The notes under the pieces were generated by a model. That model did not search any database, was not told the origin of the DNA, and saw only the letters and a list, made by a program, of their open reading frames with translations. Source: Lytechinus pictus (Eukaryota). From it: a stretch of 64,000 bases of DNA. The stretch spans positions 32,366,001-32,430,000 of the forward strand of contig NC_087245.1 of NCBI RefSeq assembly GCF_037042905.1, in the 5' to 3' direction. Shown piece after piece: positions 51,401 to 63,879 of this stretch. The stretch's first letter is position 1. Each line of letters opens with the position of its first letter. The position numbers and the translations under genes were made by a program.

Positions 51401-53141
51401 CTTTTCAAAAGTAAGTGGTGCTCACTCAAGCGGAAATATTTTTCGACAGTTATATCGTCATTTGCTTAAATGGATCTGTACCAATGTGAAAATGTGGAAA
51501 AATCTTCAGGATTTTACATGCGGGGGCTTTTTTGACAATTCATTGCATGGGGGTTTAAGACTTGCCATATTTTACCTAGAGCTGTCATTTTTACCTCTCC
51601 CATTATAACCCCTGCCATTTTACCTCTGCCATTATTACCTCTGCCATTTTTACTTCTGCCATTTTTACCTCTGCCATTTTACCTCTGCCATTTTTACCTC
51701 TGCCATTTTTACCTCTGCCATTATTACCTCTGCCATTTTTACTTCTGCCATTTTTACCTCTGCCATTTTCACCTCTGCCATTTTTACCTCTGCCATTTTC
51801 ACCTCTGCCATTATTACCTCTGCCATTTTTACCTGGCACCGGATTTTTGCACATAATGAAAAGCTGAACATCATTGTTACTTGTCCTATATTTGCCAATT
51901 CACTTCTCACAGGTGGATATGAAGTATGACCGTTTTTAAGTAAATGGAGTTACACGGCATTTTGGAAGCCCTCTTGGATTTTAATGCAAAATGGACAATT
52001 ACATATCATTGTGAGGGGTCCCAAAATATTATTTGACTCCTGAAACTATAGACACCAAAATATTAGTAATATCTCTCACGCGGATGTAAACTATAATAAT
52101 GTCCCTTTGTAAGTAATAGCAGCCACTTTAGACTCCATTTTTGGCAGCCATCTTTGATTTTTGGACATACTGGACCTCTGAGTGTCCTTTTATCTTCTCG
52201 TAATGTATTATTTGACCCGTTAAACCATGGTTTTAGACACAACAATCATATCTCTCGGGTGGATTCTTAATGAAGTATGTCAATTTTTCAGCAGCAGCAG
52301 TCAATTTAGACACCATTTTTGGAAGCCATCTTGGATTTTTGGACATACTGGACCACTAGCGGTCCTTTTTACATGTCCTGGTGTATTTATTTGACCCTTT
52401 AAACAATAGTTTAGACACCACAATCATATCTCTCGGGTGGATTTTTAATGAAGTATGTAAATTTTTAGTAACAGTAGTCAATTTAGACTCCATTTTTGGA
52501 CGTCGTCTTGGATTTTTGGACATACTGGACCACTGAGTGTCTTTTAGACCTGTCCTAATGTATTATTTGACCCTTCAAACCATGGTTAGACACCACAATC
52601 GTATATCCAGCTGGAAGATATCAAATGTACTATGTCCATTTGTAAGTAATAGAAGCCATTTAAGACCCCATTTTTGGAAGCAATCTTGGATTTTTGGACA
52701 TACTTGACCATGTCACTTGTCCAAATGTACTACTTGACCCTTAAAACCATTGAATAGAAACAGAATTAAAGATACTAAGCAATAAATGAATTGTGGATTT
52801 TTAGGCTTTGGCGGCCATTTTAGATGCCATCTTGGATTTTTAGGTATACTGGTCTGCTTATGTTCACTCTAACCTGTGTCAATAGCACTTTTTACACCTT
52901 TAAACCATGGAATAAGCACCAAAATTTGATGTCTAGGTCGGATAATGAGAGCGTTATGGCCATTTTCTGTAATGGCGGCCATTTTGGACGCCATCTTGGA
53001 TTACGGAAAACCCTCAAGGAGGATATATGAGGACTTTTAGTATGTTATGCTATACATATTCCTGGACCTATCCTGAAAAAATCAGCGTGTTACCTGAAAT
53101 TTCCTTTCTTAAGCCTATTTTGGCCTAATGCTCTTGGACTA
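48456..53141. mobile_element. 4.7-kb foldback element (Academ-like) with CAAGATGGC-rich arms
   Basis: TAA|TAGGCCAAGAGCATTAGG..CCTAATGCTCTTGGACTA|TAA; kb-scale inverted arms with units of about 180 bp. Confidence 0.8.
50192..51841. mobile_element. CGGTG..CACCG element with 15-bp subterminal arrays, nested in the centre of the foldback element
   Basis: Inverted arms of about 260 and 325 bp including (ggtaaaaatggcaga)n; GATTTTTG near both flanks. Confidence 0.78.
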
Positions 53142-53453
53142 TAAGCCTCGCGTCTTTTGACGAACATGTCCCTCTGTGAAACATATCTTTGATAAGCCCC
53201 TTTTCCATCTTATTACAGTGTGATAATGTTTAACCTTTTAATGAATACATTTCAGGCTAAAACCAAATGGCAAATTGAAAGTGGTTTCCCCAATACATGC
53301 TGGCTGTGCCGGCTAACAAACGCGCGGTCGCCCAGAAACGCTCCGACCGGACCCGATATCACTAACGCGCGTGAACGCTAGTTACTCGAGCAACATATGG
53401 AATCTATGTCATAGCTGTCAAGCCCAAAAACCATACCATCTCGAGGTCGTCAT

Positions 53454-53574
53454 ATATTATTCTAGGACCTACTCTCAATCTTCCAATTTCTCGCCTATCA
53501 ATTTTACTTCTTCCGAAGAAGTAAAGTTGTTAGGCGAGAAATTGGAAGATTGAGAGTAGGTCCTAGAATAATAT
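53454..53574. repeat. Near-perfect 121-bp palindrome (60-bp arms, 1-nt spacer)
   Basis: Only 2 mismatches between the arms. Confidence 0.92.
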
Positions 53575-55019
53575 TTCTTGAAAATGTGTGTAGTTCTGAA
53601 AATGACTGTAAAACAGAAAAGGTTAAAGAGTTAAAGAGGCTTGAGTAGTTGGATTATTGGATAAATGAGAAGATGCTATGTCGGCGAATGGAATGCAGAG
53701 CAAGAGTAGGCCTACTCATCTATCAACTACTCAAGCCTCTTCAACTCTTCAACCTTTTCTGGTTTACCGTCTTTTTCAGGACTACGCTCATTTAAACAAA
53801 AAATTATTCGACTATCAACTGTGCACTTCCTCCCCTATCAATTTCACTTCTTTCTCTATCCACTTTTTTTAAAACTGTGAAAGTTTGAGATATATAGGCC
53901 CCATTATAAAAGTGTTAAAAACTTTAAACGAATAGGAATATACGAGTATAAAAATATTACAAAACTACTATAGGCCTATTTGGAAAACATTAGTGATGTC
54001 TTTTATAAACTTTACTAAGTAAATTGAGTGCTAGCTGTAATATATATCCTCAAATCCGCCTCAAATTAAACTGTTACTTTTTTCCTATTATGATGCCACT
54101 TATTTCCATTGTGTTTGCTAATACTCATTTTCATGACGTATAGGTACAGGCTTTCCATCTAAAGGTAGTGGAATAATTATCATGAGCAAAAAAAAATTTC
54201 TCCAAATTCAAACTATCGATTCGATCAGTTAATTAAAATAGAAGTAACAGTTTCATCTTGTCCCCCCACCACTTTTATTTCTAATTTTAAGTTGATTTGT
54301 AATAAAGAGCCTTGTTTGTTTTGGGCTTGACATGAACCGGGAGCCGGTGTGAGATTGCTTTTAATCATTGACAATTGTTAGATTGGTGTTAAGAAGATGA
54401 ATGAAAAAAAAAGCGGTAACAAAAAGACAAATTGGATACCTGACGAATAAAATAAATTAATTCGCCTTTTTACACGCAGCCTTTCATATTTCCCTTTTTA
54501 GTCTCATGTAGATTCAGATTAACATTTATTTGGTATAAAATCAAGATACAATCATTGATATAATCAATGTAGTGCATGAAATACCAGGATTGCTAACAAA
54601 AAAGTTAAAAACTTGTAAACAAACAACCCTCAACATACAAAATAATGAAATACAATGAGAATACAATAAAATTAGATACATAAAATATAAAATAAATAGC
54701 AATAGAAATATAACAATAAATTCATCAGAAGAATTAAGAATTAACGAACATTAAAGAAATCATCAGAATCATTAAAAATAGTTTCAATATTATCAATAAG
54801 TGGCAAGTATTGTGCTCTTTAATTCATTTTTAAATGAAATGTAATTCGTAGTACCCTTTAAATTACTGTTTAGAGAATTCAAATTTTTGATCCCTGAAAT
54901 TTAATTGATCTATTATATACAAAATAATTTGAAAATTTTGGAAGACGAAAGTCACCTTTTTTCTTGCATTAATTGTGTGATAATCGGAATTCAAACGAAA
55001 ACTGTCATAAAAACTATGT

Positions 55020-57759
55020 CATCGGCGGATCCAGGGGGGTGGCGCAAGGGGCGCGCGCCCCCCCTAATATTTGAGCGGCGCCGCTCAAAAAAAAAAGTAA
55101 AAGAAAGAAAAGGCGCCGCTTGAAAAAATAAAAATAAAGGAAAGAAAAGAAAACTACCTTTTTTCCAACAACTTCGCCGGTAGCAGTGCGCTGCCTGCAT
55201 ATAACTGGTGCCAATTAAGAATAGTCAGCGCCACCTAAATCTAAATCGGCGCCGGACAAGAATAATCAGCGCTATTTGGTTAGAAATCGGCGCAAGTCAA
55301 GAAAAATCGACACTGCCAGAACCGGCGCCAAACAAGGATAATCAGCGCCACCTAAATCTAAATCGGTGCTGGACAAGAATAATCGGCGCCATTCGGTTAT
55401 AAATCGGCGCCGGTAAAGAAAAATCGACGCTGCCTGAGTTCTTAACCGCCGGGCGCCGATTAAGGATAATCAGCGCCGCCTAAATCTAAATCGGCGCCGG
55501 AAAAGAATATTCGGCGCCATCTGATTATAAATCGGCGCAAGTCAAGAAAAATCGACACTGCCAGAACCGGCGCCAATCAAGGATAATCAGCGCCACCTAA
55601 ATCTAAATCGGCGCCGGACAAGAATAATCGACGCCATCTGGTAATAAATCGGATCCGGTAAAGAAAAATCGACGCTGCCTGAGTTCTTAACCGGCGCCGA
55701 TCAAGAATAATCAGCTCCACCTAAATCCAAATCGGCGCTAGTCAAGAATAATCGGCGCCTCCTGGTTCTAAATCGGCGCAAGTCGATTATGAATTGCCGC
55801 TGCCTGAATCTTACGTGATGTCTGTAAAAATAATCAGCACTACTTGTTTAAATCGGCGCCGGTCAAGACAAATCGGCGCTGCCTTTGTCTTAACCGGCGC
55901 CACCTAAATTTAAATCGGCGCCGGTCAAGAATGATCAGCGTCCCCTGGCTCCAATAAATAGGCGCCGGTAGAATAATGAAGAAGGGCCTATTGCCAACCA
56001 AATCATCGGCGCCGGTCAAGAATGATCAGCGGCACCTAGCTGGTTATACATTTTATTGTTGAATGGTCATAACGAATAACAAAGCTTATCGCATGCCCTT
56101 ACAGAGTGTACTGGGGCGGGACAGTTGCCCACAGATGTCATGAAATCTTTAATTTGTTATTTTAAGAAATCCCAGAATCATACAAAAGTGTAGAGCAAAT
56201 CCTTTAATTTTGATCTTATTTTCCAATGCTTTAGTAAAAAAAGGTCAGTCACTTTTTTTCTTTACACATTCCACATTGTGCCACCTCTATGGCCTTTAGT
56301 GTAAGACAGCTACTCTAGTGTTTTATGAAGATGATTCGATATTTTAGTCCAAAACGTTGCTTATACCGGGAGTGTATAATTACGCAACCATGCAGACGTA
56401 TATTCGTTAGACCTTAAACCACTAAACATCATTTTCAATGTATAAATACAGTTTGTCAATACCTTCGTTTTAACGTTTAAATGTTTACGCCACAAAATTT
56501 GATTTATTTTCATCTTCCATTAAGTTAAATATCATTCATCTGATCACTCAGGAAGAAGTTTAAAACAAAGATAACGATACCTATAAAACTGAAGAACTTT
56601 TTCCAAAGCTCTGTCTTGAAAGATCTCTTTCTGAATTCAGCTCATAAGCATTATATCCAGGTTCATCAAAGTAATTAGATAAAAATTACTCATCATTACA
56701 AATTGCATTAGATTTAGTGAAAAACATCACAATATATAAGTCTGTATATAGGCATAAACATCATGTACATGAAAATTGAATGATAATATATAAACCTGGA
56801 TTGGTGATGTATTACAAATATTTCATGATGACTTGTAGTATCATTGTATATGCAGTGGCGTCGATCCGGGGGGGGGGGGCAGGGGCGATCGCCCCACCAA
56901 TGAAAATATTGGGTTTGGGGGGCAAACATATCGTTTTGCCCTCCCCCAATAGTTCCGCATGTGCAAAAATAAAATAAGATGGTAATGTTACACAGAAATC
57001 AGCAAGTGAGATAGAGCTACACAACTCGTTCTTTATTTAAAATCGTGCTTATTGTCCGCTTTTCAGATTGGAATATAAAAAATTTCAGCTCGCGCTTCGC
57101 ACTCGCATCATTTCTGTAGCAAAACCCCATACTTTTCATGATGAAATATATGTGAATAGAATGTCCCGTTTTCAGTTCTAATCAGAAGAACTCCCGCTTC
57201 AATTTGCAATAATCTTTTGTTGGATATAATCTTGTTCTCTATTAAAAACGTCCATTAAACTGTCATTTTTTCAGATCGAAATATCAAAATTTTTAGCTCG
57301 CGCTTCGCGCTCGCATCTATTGTTTTTTTAGATACCCATCTTAATCATTGGTACCAAAATGCTTACAATATAAACCTTTCTGGTCAGAATATAAAGAAAT
57401 TTTAGCTCGCCCTCGGCACTCGCATTATCTGTGTAGTGAGATATGTATCCTCCTCATGAGTTACTACAAACAGTCCCAAACAGGCACCTTTTTCCTTTTT
57501 TCAGGTCAGTATACTATACAAATTTCAGCTCGCGCTTCGCGCTCGCATTAATTTGTTGGTGAGATGTGTCTCTATCTCATGAGTCATATAGATATATATG
57601 AATATATATATGTATATATATATATATATATATATACATATATATTTATATATATACACCTTTTTCAACATTTTCTTTTATGGCGCCGGTGAAGTGCAAA
57701 AATTTGTGCGCCGCTCGGCAGTGCGCCCCCCCTTTCGCAAAAAGCTGGATCCGCCTATG
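55020..57759. mobile_element. hAT-like composite element with 5-bp TSD, containing a GGCGCC-rich minisatellite (about 55205-56040)
   Basis: TIR CATCGGCGGATCCAG / CTGGATCCGCCTATG; TATGT duplicated; LINE coding remnants are contiguous across the insertion. Confidence 0.8.
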
Positions 57760-58338
57760 TATGTGGTCACATATAATATTTTAGTTTATACATGAATAAA
57801 TATGTGCCTTGGGAAAGAATATCGGCAAATTTAAGTAATTTCAAGGATTTAAACAATGGAGATGTATGTGCCCTGAAGGTGGCGTTGCAGCATAAATGAA
57901 TAACCCGTTTTTGAAGTATGAAAAGGGGTTATAAAACTTTATCAAAATGTTCTTTCCCATACAAGATTACAATACAATAAGTTCGGATATACAAGTGTAT
58001 GATACAAAGAAAGCATGGAAGAAAAATTGTTAAAAATTTCATAGTTCACACATAACACCAACATTACATCGAATCTTCTTGGAAATTATTTCAATATATT
58101 TTCCCCATGAAAGTTTGTTATCCCTATTAAGAAATTTGCAAATTGAACTTGGTCGATATATTTGCTGTTCAATTTCAAAGTTATATCTTCAATAAAAGTA
58201 TCATTTTTCTGCCAAAATTAAAAATCATAAGTTTGGTTTTCGTTTCATAAATTTTAATTTATTTGCCATAAAACCAATTAGCAATCTTCTGCAGTTCGAC
58301 ATTTGCTTCAGAAATCAAGTCTTTAAATGTTTTACCTG

Positions 58339-58538
58339 CACACGCTTAAAATGTTGGGCAACATACTGTCCACACAACAATTGCTTAATTTTTTTTCCAA
58401 CTCTGGGTAGTTTTCAACCAATGCTGTACAATTTTCCCTCAAAGCACACATTATTGGTTTAAAACCACCCAGAATTGGATAAGGTTTTAACCAATTGTTG
58501 TGTGGACAGTAATGTTGTCCAACATTTTTAAGAGTGTG
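58339..58538. mobile_element. MITE with CAC..GTG termini
   Basis: cacacgcttaaaatgttgggcaacat / atgttgtccaacatttttaagagtgtg. Confidence 0.7.
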
Positions 58539-61235
58539 AATACAATAGGTTCGTGTCGTCAGCATATAATACATAATGTAATTTCTTTGAATATTCAACA
58601 ATGTCGTTTATAAACAACAAAAATACTAGCGGTCCAGGATACTACTTTGAGGCAAACCTTGTCGTATAAAAAGGGGAATAACTCTAATTCTATGAAAAAA
58701 CAACATTTTTTAAAAATAAGATTTTGGTGATCCAGACAATCGAATGCTTTGCCATGTCCAACGTATACCTCAAAGCTATCTCTTTCTTTTCGTAAAATTT
58801 CTACAGAAGTTCAGAAGCAAAAACAAAGCTGACTTTGCAAAATAACATTTTCTAAATCCAAATTCCTCAGAAAAATAATTGAATGTTTATTGAGGAAAGT
58901 AAATAATCGATTGTACATCAATTTTTCTAGAATCTTGGAAAAGGTCGACAGCAATGATATTGGACGATAGTTTGATAAATCGTTTTTGACACCCTTTTTT
59001 AATGGGGGTATAACTCTTGAAACACTCATTGATTATGGAAACATTCCAGATTGAAAGGATTAATCAAACACATGGGGTAAAGGTTCAACTATTAATCATT
59101 TTTTTTTACAAGATATGGTGACATATCTCATCAACCCCACATGAATGTTTATTCTTTAAAGAGCAAGATAACTTCAAAATTTCGTTTCTGTCTGTATATG
59201 TGAAAGAAGAAAAGAATGAGTTTCACTGGTTTTTAATAATCACGAAAATATCCAATGGACCTCGGATTATCAAAACAACAAGCTTTAACAAAAAACAAGA
59301 GTTAAAAGCATTCGCAATTGATTTCTGTTCAGTGAGCCACATGCCATCTTTACGGATGAATGAAGCTTCGATCTTTCTTTACCGAGCAGGCTGTTCAGTA
59401 TTTTCCAAGTTTCCTTTAAGTCATGACAATTCGATTTGAGTTTTGCAGCAAAATAGTTTTTAGAGACACGTATAATATGAATAAGTTTGTTTTTATAGGA
59501 TGTGAATTTTTTTATGTTATGGGTTTTCAGTTTTGAATACAGCTTACATAAGCGTTCCTTCCTACAAATGGATTTAAGAATGCCTTTTGTAATCCAGGGT
59601 TTTTGGGGTGCTCTTATTCTATCTTTACGGGATGATATCCTTGAATGCTTGGAAATAATATCTTTCAAACCCTCAATAAAAGTATCGTAAGTTACGCTGA
59701 GATTGGATATGGTTCACAGAGGATCAGATGCTAAATCTTCACACAATGACTTAAAGTCTATTTGGTGTTTAACGTTTATTATTCAAATGGGTGTGGTACC
59801 GTGGTGGAAAAGAGTTCGTTGAAAATTCGAAAATGGGGAAATGGTCAGATAGGTCTGAAAACAAAATACCAGGTAGGACCAGCTTATCCAGGGGCCTGTT
59901 GCATGACGAGATGAGCGATACGTAGGAACGTCCTAGGACCATTCTTCCGAGATAGGAAGATTGGCGACAAATTAGCGCTTTCCGTTTCACGATGGCAATT
60001 CTGTCTTCCAAGTCTGCGACATTGTTTGATATCGATAATATCGGCAAAATATTAAGTCTTCATCATCACCTGAACCTTTTATTACAGAATAACGACTTTG
60101 CATAAAATCATATATTTCAAGAAATGGCGGTCAAATAATTGTAGGCACGCTCAAAACGCCTTGCTACTGTACGGTTTGCTAGCGCATAGTTTTCATCGGC
60201 CGGTCAGTTGCTCGGGCTCGAGATTAAAAAATGCCCTGATGTTCGCCCCGGCCTCTTATATCTCAATAAATAGAGTAAAATTCAAAGAGCAAAATGATCA
60301 AAATTTGATCAAAATCAGAAAATAAATAACACAGTTATTGAATTTTAAAGATTTACATTATAAAACTTATGATACTGGAAGATTATAATTAATTTGGAAT
60401 GGTAAATACTGCCTGAAAACAAATAATTCTATATAAAGATTTTGTGAATAATTAAGATATTTTTTCTTGTAAATAGTGATATGTTCACTAAAAATGATCG
60501 CAATTTTCTGCAATAGTAATAAGTTGAAAAAGTACTGAATTTGATGTACAATATTGAGATTTAGTTAAAATTATTGTTTTAATTATGATAATGACATTAT
60601 TTGGGGCTAACCTCGATTAGCATCTTGCTATTATGTTAGCTCCAATTACCAAATGTTTTGTTTATATGTGATGTACTATTCCATGTAATTGTACCTGACA
60701 GTGATATTTGGTAATAAATTCAATTATTCCGGTGAAACAGTTTTAGGCATGCCTTCATGAATATTCATTAGGTGGGCTAATGATGTCATATCCCCACTTC
60801 TTTTTTTGTATTTTATTATATGAAATTAGGTTTATTCAAAAATTTTCTACCAAGAACTAAAACAATTGGATTGACAACCGATTAAGTGAATTAGTTATTT
60901 ATTGCCGCAACTTATTTCATCATAATGGAGACACATCATTTACGCGTGTATGAAAAAAGTGAAAAAATTATGAATTTCATGTAATAACATAGGAAAAGGG
61001 AAAGTGGGGATATGACATCATCAGCCCACCTAATGAATATTCATGACGATGTGCATATAACTGTTTTCACAAAATAATTATTGATAAAATTTAAAATTCA
61101 ATCACTTCGTTATTTGCTATCCGATTTTGATGAAATTTTCAGCATTTTGCTCTGCGAATTTACTTTATTTATCTAGATATAAATATTTTCAGCCCGGACC
61201 ATCCCTTTAAATCGGCCACTTGTACGAATGCATTC

Positions 61236-61268
61236 CACTGCACTGATCTGATAGTTTTCAGATCAGTG
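61236..61268. mobile_element. 33-bp minimal remnant of a CACTGATCTGA-TIR element with 8-bp TSD
   Basis: ATGCATTC|cactgcactgatctgatagttttcagatcagtg|ATGCATTC. Confidence 0.7.
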
Positions 61269-62813
61269 ATGCATTCAAGGGAGAAAAATGCCGGGTATTT
61301 TTCTGAGGCGATTAATGCGCCGAGGCGTACGATGCGTCCAAATTTGTGATCTTTATTACAATACTTGTTTGCTGCTTTTTCTTCATCTGAGCATCATTTC
61401 AACTTCGAACCAGCAAACACACAGGTGGTGTAACCTATTCTCTCTCTCTCTTTTCGGTAAGTCTTGTGAGAATTTCCTACCATTTCCTTAGCTCTATTAG
61501 GGGATGTTATTTTACTCACATCGCACGCATAGGGCAAGTTGATTGTCAACGCAAGTCAGTGGTTATTCCTTACATGGATATTGTTACTTCGATATTTGGC
61601 TCCAATGCCTCACACTTTATCAGCGACGGTTATCGTAGAAGTTTTCTATCAGTCATGTATGCCATTGCTTAAATCTGTACTTTTTGAAAATATATTGTAT
61701 ACGTATGTCTGTAAGAAATGTATTATAAGTTAATGATCGACATGCCTGTCTTATTTGAGCTAGATCTTTCATGTCTTTGCTCGGTTTTTGCACGTCATGT
61801 GGGGACACACCCATGTACCCGTTCGATGCGAACAAGAATGTGCCACGCCTCCTCAATTGCGTATCACTGTGCACGCTTCTACGCGCTCAACCATCCGAAG
61901 GTTTGCCGCTTCTGCCAAAGTCCGGATTGTGTTTTGAGATCGTTTTTTTTTAAATAAATTTGTTGAATTTTCAATCGCAAACCTGAATAAGTGAGATTTT
62001 TTATTCAATCTTTGTGGGAAGATACAAAATTGCGGAAATATATGGATGTAAATGTTACTTCCGGATTGTAGAATAGGGTGTGGCACTTGTGTGGCTGCGT
62101 TCTGTAGCTTTATCACTTAGTGTACTTGTAGAAACATTGAAGATTTAATGTTTGACGATTTATCTACGACTGTGTCATATATAATTTTATAATTTTCGAA
62201 CGAATCATTTATAAAATTTATTGAAATTTAAATCAATTGTGTTGCATCCAAGTTTATATTACCTTCAGCTGGTTTGATCGCACCTCATTTTCGTCTTGTA
62301 CTTTTGAAGCCGACGATATATGTACTGTGTATGATGCATGACAATTATATGTAATTCACTAATAACGATTAGTAGGTCTAAGATCTTTGGCCCTAGGTTT
62401 GTGTTAGACATTGTTATTTAGTCATTCCCATATTCATTCAATGTAGGCTTAGATAACATCAAAAGCTTTTCTAGATATAAATTCCTTCAGGATTATAATT
62501 CGCTAATTATGTTGGAGGCAGAGGCAACAACAAAAGCGCACCCATCTTTTCAACCGTTACAAGTCTACATATTGCAAAACCGTTTTCCCTGGATCCCTTC
62601 CTGGGTAGTAGGAAGCTAGGTTGGAAGGCGGATCCCCGCATTATTTTGCACGCATAAGTGGTTTTTCCAAAGAGGTCATTCAACCATGGTCCACGATTCA
62701 ACGGTGCCCAGCCAGATAAGGGGCGTGGCATGAGAATCATTCAAACACGCATGCTCAATGTAATAGCGCTCATGCGCGAGCAACCTGTTCGTTGTGCGTA
62801 GGCGGGCGCTGGT

Positions 62814-63175
62814 CACTGATCTGAAAATTAACAAATGAAGTGAAGAGCAGGGGAAGAAAGAAGGGAGCGATAACCCTATAATAAATACAGTAAAACGGGC
62901 TCATAAATTAAGGCTTCTATAAAAAAGATTCATAACTATTTGAGCAATAAAAGATATGCGTATGGAGGAGGGGCATATAGCCTTGTCAAAATGATATCGG
63001 GTTTTATTTTCTGCCAAGCTAAAAGCCAAAAACACGGAAAAAGGCATTGCAAGCCCGTTCACTACGTAAAAAATAAACGGCCTATTCCGCTGTGTTGATG
63101 GTCCCAAGATGGCGGACACTGATGGCTTCAGTCCGCGACGCTTCACCGCCCACCCATATAGTATTCAGATCAGTG
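62814..63175. mobile_element. 362-bp hAT-like MITE upstream of the actin CDS
   Basis: 12-bp perfect TIR CACTGATCTGAA; exact 8-bp TSD GCGCTGGT (62806-62813 and 63176-63183). Confidence 0.88.
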
Positions 63176-63524
63176 GCGCTGGTTAGCCTTTTGACAAGGC
63201 TTCACGACTTGGCTCTATTCCTCGTCAAACAAAGGCTGAGACCCCGACTGAGACGAGATTAGCGGCAGACGAGGAGAATTAGAGATACCCGAGTGAGCGC
63301 GAGAGTGAACGACTTTAGTCGTGAGGCCTTTTGGATTCTGGTGAAGACGTGAATGTATGAATGCCGATGCGCCAATCCACACCGTCAGTGTCTACGACGT
63401 CATGGGACCGATTTCGCTTCTGTGGCACAGGCTTATACAGGGTTCACTGATGCGAGCAATACGCTCAGATCAGGTAGCGATTCGGATTCGGAAACGATGG
63501 TTAACGTAAGAAATCTAAATCCGG

Positions 63525-63606
63525 GTCTTAAAGGCCCTGTGACTGAATTCGAAATCCTCGCACTCACTCGCCTTTTTTGCCAATAGTCTTTATTTCCAGT
63601 CGGTAG
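63525..63606 (+). promoter_or_regulatory. Candidate core promoter and non-coding leader exon of the actin gene
   Basis: TATA-like CTTAAAG about 30 nt before Inr-like GCACTCACTC, then donor AG|GTATGT at 63606/63607; an alternative leader ending at G|GTAAGT near 61456 cannot be excluded. Confidence 0.3.
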
Positions 63607-63879
63607 GTATGTGATATAAATATCACCAGAAATAAAGGGCCTTGTTTTAAAGGCTAAGCGCTGGTGGGTGCGGTGCATGTTCTGACGTGGGTCCCTGGGA
63701 TTGGCGTCTAGTTGCTGGTTCCAATCGCTGCTCCAATAAATTGGGAAACTTGTTTTAAATTTCCAATTTGAAGTAATGAATGATAGTACATGATTTTGCC
63801 ATTTAGATTATTATATTTTTTGAGTTAACCTTTCATATTTTCCTTTTTTCTTTCAGTGAAATAAAGAAAACAAACAATT

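Larger units (their letters stand above)
54510..59885 (-). mobile_element. Decayed CR1/L2-clade LINE, interrupted by a hAT-like element and a MITE
   Basis: Endonuclease end SDHFPIF, PWIT motif, RT motif NYRPISLLSTFSKILEK, LYHTLVYP..YC..VW, C-terminal IKFQG..NSL; many frameshifts and stops. Confidence 0.88.

Noticed and set aside
50178..51910. ORFs with (GRGKN)n or (MAEVK)n repeats resembling RGG or pentapeptide proteins (also at 17314 and 20402-20800)
   Set aside because: 15-bp subterminal tandem repeats of a transposon, present in inverted orientation at both ends of the element
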